Of a stretch of 64,000 nucleotides of DNA, positions 58,556 through 64,000 are shown piece after piece. The translations under genes and the position numbers were made by a program. The notes under the pieces were generated by a model. It made no database searches and was not told the origin of the DNA. It was given only the letters and a program-made list of their open reading frames with translations. Where the stretch lies: NCBI GenBank assembly GCA_963730935.1, contig CAVSTP010000002.1, positions 960,001 through 1,024,000 of the forward strand. The letters are read 5' to 3'. Source of the stretch: an uncultured Nitrospiraceae bacterium (GTDB taxonomy: Bacteria; Nitrospirota; Nitrospiria; Nitrospirales; Nitrospiraceae). Numbering within the stretch: the stretch's first letter is position 1; each line of letters opens with the position of its first letter.

Positions 58556-59416
58556 ATGATCCATACCCTGGAACTCGATAAGCAGACCGCCTCCTTCGTT
58601 CGGCAGCTTGAAGAACAAAGGCGGATTGAAAAAAATCTGATGGTGGAACGGGTGCGGGGCACTAAGGAGGGTGTGGAGTCAGTCTTCCATGACATCCGGG
58701 AACGAGTGGAGGCGCTCGAGCGCATGACCAGCTCGGTCAGCACGAGCTATATCGCACCGATCGGCTGGAGTCAGTTGATCTTCGCAAGTACGGACGGCAA
58801 CTCGAACACGATCATGGCCGGAGACCGCGACGATACCCTCTGCAAACATGACCGGGTTCGCTATCTCGAGGATGCGGGCTACCTGCGCTTAAGCGCCAAT
58901 CCCCATTATGTCGAACGCGTGCTCCCTAACAAGTCGGCTCATGCCAGGGCGGCGGCGAATCCTTCAACATGGGACAATCTGGGTTACGTCCATGTCGGCT
59001 ATTCGACCAGCCTCGCCCTTCCTGTCTCACTGGAACCGACGACGGTGTCGATCCTGTCGCGCCTGAATACGCTCTTCAATTGGGTGGAGGTCAACGCCGT
59101 CGCAGAGGATTGGCATGCGCATGTCGCCGCGATCGCCCGCCTCTGGGTGGCCTATGACGGTGAGTTTCGACAGACGCCGCCGGCGCAGTTTGTGAATCTT
59201 CTGGCGACGCCGAAGGAGGTGAAGACTCATCAACACATGGAATCGTTGGCCCCTAGCGCTGCCTTGGCCATGCAGCTCGAAGTGTCACCGGGTAGCGGGA
59301 CGACCCTCACCATGTACGAATCCATTGAACTGGTCGCGACGACGCCGAACGGCCATGCCTACATCGACGGAGTGTTTGCCTGGGAGCCTCTGGCAGTGCA
59401 AGTGCGGGAGGGATGA
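58556..59416 (+). CDS. Hypothetical protein (N-terminal coiled coil, beta-rich C-terminus)
   Basis: 286-aa ORF with AAAGGA RBS and an upstream sigma-54 site; no family recognised. Confidence 0.65.
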   Translation: MIHTLELDKQTASFVRQLEEQRRIEKNLMVERVRGTKEGVESVFHDIRERVEALERMTSSVSTSYIAPIGWSQLIFASTDGNSNTIMAGDRDDTLCKHDRVRYLEDAGYLRLSANPHYVERVLPNKSAHARAAANPSTWDNLGYVHVGYSTSLALPVSLEPTTVSILSRLNTLFNWVEVNAVAEDWHAHVAAIARLWVAYDGEFRQTPPAQFVNLLATPKEVKTHQHMESLAPSAALAMQLEVSPGSGTTLTMYESIELVATTPNGHAYIDGVFAWEPLAVQVREG

Positions 59417-59438
59417 GACGGCAGGCACTCCAGGGATT

Positions 59439-60707
59439 TTAGGAAAAGTAGAACGTTTCGACAATCTGGGTCGTATTGAACAGCATCGCCTGTCTTCTTG
59501 TGTAGGCGGCGTGGCCATAGTAGTGGTCACGCGGGTTGGTTGAGCCGGTGGAATCCTTGTAATCGACCAGCAGACAGCGTCCTTCGCTTGGAAAGCGCAC
59601 CGCTCGTCTTGCGCATTCCAACCAGCGCTCGAACCCCTCGAACGGTTCGACCATCTCCCAGATCGCCTTGTTCGCGGCCTGAGCCCCTTCAGTGAGCGGG
59701 ACGGCGTCACTGCCGGCTACAGCGAGTTCCTGCACATAGTCGCCGCCCCAGGCGATCGGCATTTCCATCGTGATCTGTGGCAACTCCATCTTTGCAAGCC
59801 ACGCCTTGCTGTCCGTCCGAAGATTCCGGTGGTTCACCACATGAAGCACCTTTCCAATGCCGGAGGGATCCCACCCATAACGCACCGGTTGTCCGAGCGT
59901 GACGATGTCCAATGCCACATCGTTCAACACGTTTCCAGCGGCCAAGAGCGAATCCAGCCGCTGGACGGTTGCGGCAAGTTCCGCTTGACCGCTCTGCTCC
60001 GCATAGGAGGTCAAAATGGCGAAGAGCTTCGCTCTGCCTGTGATCGGGCTTGGGCACAGCAGATTGGACACGAGAGCCAGTACAAGCCCAGCGTGTCCAT
60101 GCGCTTGCACCAGGATGCGATCGCCGGATGTGAGGCGCTGAGCATCACAATGTGTCCTCAGGTCGTTCAAGAGTCGCACGGCCGCGACTGCACGTCCGAG
60201 GTGATGGTGTTCAGAAGACCACAGCCTTCGCAGGCAGGTGATCGGCTTTGTTGATGATTTGTTCAACGTCCTTTGAGTCAGGCCGACTGCGGCCTGTGTG
60301 AAATTTCCAGCGTCACCGATCTGTTCGTCGAGCAGTTTCTTCGTCGACTCGTCGTCGTTCAGCGGAGGGACCACTCCGCTGGGAAGAAGGGGAATGCCGT
60401 TGCTCTCTTGCCGCATGGCGGCCAGCAACGCGTCGAGCCCAGATACTCCGCGGGAATAGCCACGCTTGAGTCCGCCGGCTTCGTCCAGCCGCTGGGCACC
60501 GAAGACATCGGTCCCGTGAAGTGCGCCGTGAAGGAAGAGGATCGTCCGAACGCCGGCGTGCGAAAGGGTGCGACCATGACTTGCCATGGCCTCAATCCAC
60601 TCGGGTGAATCGGGCAGCCCGCCGACGGTCAACTCGGTGAAGGCCAGTCGCTCGCCTGGGCTTTTCCGCGAGAGTTCGTCATGCTGGAAATTGTTTTCGA
60701 CGGGCAT
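59439..60707 (-). CDS. Hypothetical alpha/beta-hydrolase-fold-like protein
   Basis: LFLHG, QAHGHAG elbow-like motif, DIVTLGQP, GHAAY. Confidence 0.65.
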   Translation of the reverse strand: MPVENNFQHDELSRKSPGERLAFTELTVGGLPDSPEWIEAMASHGRTLSHAGVRTILFLHGALHGTDVFGAQRLDEAGGLKRGYSRGVSGLDALLAAMRQESNGIPLLPSGVVPPLNDDESTKKLLDEQIGDAGNFTQAAVGLTQRTLNKSSTKPITCLRRLWSSEHHHLGRAVAAVRLLNDLRTHCDAQRLTSGDRILVQAHGHAGLVLALVSNLLCPSPITGRAKLFAILTSYAEQSGQAELAATVQRLDSLLAAGNVLNDVALDIVTLGQPVRYGWDPSGIGKVLHVVNHRNLRTDSKAWLAKMELPQITMEMPIAWGGDYVQELAVAGSDAVPLTEGAQAANKAIWEMVEPFEGFERWLECARRAVRFPSEGRCLLVDYKDSTGSTNPRDHYYGHAAYTRRQAMLFNTTQIVETFYFS

Positions 60708-60754
60708 GGCAGATGGTCATAACCGATCTTGAGGGGGCACTGCAACGGAAGGAC

Positions 60755-61321
60755 CTAGCGCATGACCGGCGCCAAAGGCTGAGGATCGTTCGGAGGAGGA
60801 GACGGTTGAAGCTTGTTTTTCGGCATCACCGCCGTGGCCGTGCAGATTTTCTTCTCTTCATCGGTGCGATGATCGATAATTTTCACGCCTTGTAGATATT
60901 CCTGGACGATTTCCTCACGGGTCAGCTCGATGTCCTGATCCGCGTCTTTCCCCGAGCGCTCCCGAATTCGATCCACCATGTGCTCTTTGACGAAAATGCG
61001 GATCTGTTTGGCGAGATCTGTGCGGGCCGACAATTCGGACACACGTTGGCAGACGATCGGGCCTTTCGTCAGATCCCCTTGACCGATGCCGATCACATAC
61101 TGGTCGGGAGAATAGCCACGGTAGCTTTGGCCGTCGCGCGGAGAGCCTGGGCTTGACATCGTCAGCCCGCCATGATCATCCCGTTGTGTGAATTGCTCGA
61201 ACGATTGCTCTGCATGATTTCGAACGGCGTCCGGATCGGAGGCCAGGTTCACCTCGGCACACCATGTCGGAGTAACACCAACCGTCAGGACCATGATTAT
61301 CCGCTGCAAACGGCTTCCCAC
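60755..61321 (-). CDS. Secreted LPP20-like protein
   Basis: YVIGIGQG..SELSARTDLAKQIR..LQGVKI. Confidence 0.6.
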   Translation of the reverse strand: MGSRLQRIIMVLTVGVTPTWCAEVNLASDPDAVRNHAEQSFEQFTQRDDHGGLTMSSPGSPRDGQSYRGYSPDQYVIGIGQGDLTKGPIVCQRVSELSARTDLAKQIRIFVKEHMVDRIRERSGKDADQDIELTREEIVQEYLQGVKIIDHRTDEEKKICTATAVMPKNKLQPSPPPNDPQPLAPVMR

Positions 61322-61324
61322 CTG

Positions 61325-62605
61325 TTATCGTCCTCTCCCGCCCCCGCGACCGCCGCCTCCACGTCCACCATAGCCGCCCCGTCCGGCGCCGGACCGTCCT
61401 CCAAAGCCGCGAGGCGCCAGATGATGAGATCCACGGGGAACGACAAGGGACGGAAGCTGCTGATGCATGGTCGGCGGCAGGCGGCCTATGACCGGCGCCT
61501 GACCGGGTGGCGTGGTGCTGGCGGGGGGCTGTAGAAATTGCTGCAGTGACCGGACGGAGCGCGAGCCGGGGGACGTCGCGTGCGGTCCTGCAGGCGGGGT
61601 ATTGGCAACTGGTGGAAGCAGGAACTGCTGGAGTGACCGGACTGAACGAGCGCTCGAGGCCGGGACGGTGGCATGCGTGCCCGTGGGCTGATTGCCGAGG
61701 TGTACCGGCATGGTCGAGGTCGTGTGCGAGATTTCATTGAGCGTTAACGGCACCGGCCGCATGCCGGGCTGACGGAGTGCCGGGTGTGTCACCGGCTGCG
61801 AAGTCTGCGGTTGAGCGGGCGGCCGCGTGATGATGACTTGTTGTGCCACGTCCACATGAGGATTTGCGGGATACAGGCCTCGAGCGACACTTAGAAATCC
61901 ATAAGTAGGTGGCAACCCGCCCCAGGAGGCGGGATAGCCGGATGGCCCGACCATGACCCAGTCGGTCCACGCTTGTGAGACCATGGCATTCGATTGAACG
62001 TGATTGAGAAGTTCCTGGCGCTGAAGGCTGGCCTGTTGCGCCTCCTCGGCCGTAACAGCGGTTGCCAGCAATTGATTCGCCGCTTCGAGTTGTGTCTGAA
62101 GATCGTCAATCTCGTTTTTCAGCGTGGCAAGTTGGTGCCGGGCGCTCTCGTTTTCACGAAGGGCCAGGATCGCCTGAGCAACCTCGTCGGTGTCGATTTG
62201 CGACATGAGATCAATGGTCACGACCACGCGGTCTCCGTCTAGCCAGAGGTTGGTTTGTTGATCGAGCACAAGAATCAAGCCGGCGGTGTAGGTTCTGATT
62301 TCATCTTTCGTGATGTCCGTCCCTTCTACGACGGTGACGCTTTCCAGATACGTCGCCACCTGTTCCAACGCATTGCGTTTCGCGGCCTCTGTCGCCAGGC
62401 GCATGGCGTCCTCCCGCGTGTCGCGGTCACCCATTCGGAATTCCCCTTGGGACAACACCACGCGCACCTCCGCTGAAACGGGATAGACTGGATACCATGG
62501 TAGTGAGAGGAACAGGCCGATTGTGAGCGAGCGCAACGCTCGGGCAGGGTTCGACGGCCCCAATACGGCAGTTGAGCTGCACGGCCGGTCGGGCATGATC
62601 GTCAC
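61325..62605 (-). CDS. Secreted hypothetical protein with coiled coil, Pro-rich repeats and Gly/Arg tail
   Basis: A..AKRNALEQVATYLES, coiled coil, duplicated RSVRSLQQFL, RGG-rich end. Confidence 0.7.
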   Translation of the reverse strand: MTIMPDRPCSSTAVLGPSNPARALRSLTIGLFLSLPWYPVYPVSAEVRVVLSQGEFRMGDRDTREDAMRLATEAAKRNALEQVATYLESVTVVEGTDITKDEIRTYTAGLILVLDQQTNLWLDGDRVVVTIDLMSQIDTDEVAQAILALRENESARHQLATLKNEIDDLQTQLEAANQLLATAVTAEEAQQASLQRQELLNHVQSNAMVSQAWTDWVMVGPSGYPASWGGLPPTYGFLSVARGLYPANPHVDVAQQVIITRPPAQPQTSQPVTHPALRQPGMRPVPLTLNEISHTTSTMPVHLGNQPTGTHATVPASSARSVRSLQQFLLPPVANTPPAGPHATSPGSRSVRSLQQFLQPPASTTPPGQAPVIGRLPPTMHQQLPSLVVPRGSHHLAPRGFGGRSGAGRGGYGGRGGGGRGGGRGR

Positions 62606-62752
62606 CTTCCAGGAAGATTCAGCCGATCACATGCCGGTGCTCAGCATAACACCCGCAACGCCGTTTCGCTAGCGGCCTGAGGAGCTGTCGGAGCGGCTTG
62701 CCTTAAAGAAAATTCGCATGCTAAGGTACCCGTTCCCTTTTCAGCTCCACGT

Positions 62753-63784
62753 GTGGAGAAGCAATACATGACGGCATCATTTCAACGCGTGTGTGCGATC
62801 ACGATCGGCCTCTTTTTGGTGTTCGCTGTCGGATCCTCCGCGGCCACCATCCGCCCTTCCACCCCGGCAGCGGACAACGGAACTCCTGCCAGTCCGCCGA
62901 CCGAGCACGTGATCCTTTTCGTGTTGGAGGGGTTCAGTCAGGAATCTCTCAAGGGTGGCACCATGCCGACCTTGAGCAAGCTGATCAAGGACGGTTCCGT
63001 CACTTGGTCGGCCACAGGCGTCAACCCGCCGCTTCGATTGCCGACGATGGCCTCGATCATTACCGGCGTGCCTGTTGAAAAACACGGGATTAATTGGAAC
63101 AGCTTTGAGTTCAGCCGTGGGTACCCCCGATCCCCCAGCGTGTTCGATTATCTGGATCTGAGCGGAGGACGGGACAGCGCGATCTTTTTCATGGATGAGT
63201 CCCTCTATCAGCTCGCGAGACCGGAGCCGTACACGGATTATCAGATGTGCGGGCCGCTGAAGCCGGAATGCAGCTCCGACCGGGTCGTCTCCTACATCCA
63301 ACAATATTTCAAGAAGGCAACGAGCGGGCATGGGTATGGCCATGCCATTCTCTCATTGCCGCATTTTCTGGTTGTGCACCTTCCAGAAGCCGGCCGGGTT
63401 GGCGTAGCGCGGGGCTGGGGCTCCAAGGAGCATCGGGAGGCGCTGCGCACGGTCGACAGAGCGATAAATTCGGTGTTGGACATCTACAAGACCCAAGACC
63501 TCATGAAGCGGACCACTGTGTTTGTCACGTCGCTAAGCGCGGAAGGGGTCGATGCCGGTCAGGAACGGGCGATGAATGGCACACCTGTCGTTCCCTGGAT
63601 TGCGTCGGGCGTCGGCATCAAGCACGGCCATGCGATTCATCAGCCGGTCTCGATCATTGATACGGGCGCGACGGTGCTGCGCACATTAGGCTTGCAGACG
63701 CACACGGAATGGGAGAGCCGGCCGGTTGAGGAAATTTTCCAGTACGCCTTTGTGGCGGCCGCCCCCAACTCGAACGTCCCCTGA
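62753..63784 (+). CDS. Alkaline phosphatase / nucleotide pyrophosphatase superfamily protein (degenerate active site)
   Basis: HVILFVLEG, MPTL..L, ASIITGV..HGI, VPWIASG.GI, DTGATV. Confidence 0.8.
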   Translation: MEKQYMTASFQRVCAITIGLFLVFAVGSSAATIRPSTPAADNGTPASPPTEHVILFVLEGFSQESLKGGTMPTLSKLIKDGSVTWSATGVNPPLRLPTMASIITGVPVEKHGINWNSFEFSRGYPRSPSVFDYLDLSGGRDSAIFFMDESLYQLARPEPYTDYQMCGPLKPECSSDRVVSYIQQYFKKATSGHGYGHAILSLPHFLVVHLPEAGRVGVARGWGSKEHREALRTVDRAINSVLDIYKTQDLMKRTTVFVTSLSAEGVDAGQERAMNGTPVVPWIASGVGIKHGHAIHQPVSIIDTGATVLRTLGLQTHTEWESRPVEEIFQYAFVAAAPNSNVP

Positions 63785-63792
63785 GACAGGCG

Positions 63793-64000
63793 ATGAACCA
63801 CGTCAATGAACTCGAAGCATGGCGCTGGGCAATGGGCTTGTTGCCCCTCCTATTTGCCGGAGCCGTCGGGCTCGAGGTGGTGGACGCCGCGCCTCCTCCG
63901 AGCTATACAAAAGAGCACGCCATCATGATTGATCCGACCGTGCTGGATCCTCCCTCATGGTGGTACGTTCCCGGGGTCACTCCCTCCATCTACAACTCGG
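63793..64000 (+). CDS. 5' part of a probable secreted protein (runs off the window)
   Basis: ATG 63793, open to the window end: MNHVNELEAWRWAMGLLPLLFAGAVG... Confidence 0.5.
   Translation, partial: MNHVNELEAWRWAMGLLPLLFAGAVGLEVVDAAPPPSYTKEHAIMIDPTVLDPPSWWYVPGVTPSIYNS

Noticed and set aside
1..64000. Numerous long antisense or alternate-frame ORFs (e.g. 6464-7432, 36636-37565, 42456-43385); CRISPR arrays, tRNA/rRNA, IS elements
   Set aside because: Shadow ORFs are expected in GC-rich coding DNA and lack motifs; no repeat-spacer array, RNA gene or transposase was recognised by eye

Overview
A GC-rich bacterial chromosomal segment, most likely Nitrospira/Nitrospirota. This is an inference from the RpsU sequence and the gene repertoire; no database search was run. 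The centrepiece is a ~15 kb xanthomonadin-type aryl-polyene gene cluster (14885-29833). It encodes a methyltransferase, ACP, AMP-ligase, two dehydratases, an LpxL-like acyltransferase, a LolA-like carrier, an MMPL transporter with a 1-nt frameshift, KS + chain-length factor, FabG, GT2, a polysaccharide deacetylase, a XanB2/Hyg5-type chorismatase and a flavin-dependent halogenase. The cluster sits in a lipoprotein-dense envelope neighbourhood: DUF3332, an LPP20/DUF4384 lipoprotein, a lipoprotein metacaspase, DUF3015 + DUF4105 (Lnb-like) + an outer-membrane barrel apparently leading the cluster operon, two tandem lipoprotein pairs, a hydrolase and MlaA. The rest is mostly housekeeping or accessory (tdh-kbl, SUMF1 paralogs, a four-helix-bundle-HemD fusion, a CmlA-like MBL protein, a CPA2 antiporter, a Rieske oxygenase, dsrE/tusA, ftcD overlapping rpsU, nth, polA). 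Two good sigma-54 promoters are visible. No rRNA, tRNA, CRISPR array or transposase was recognised.
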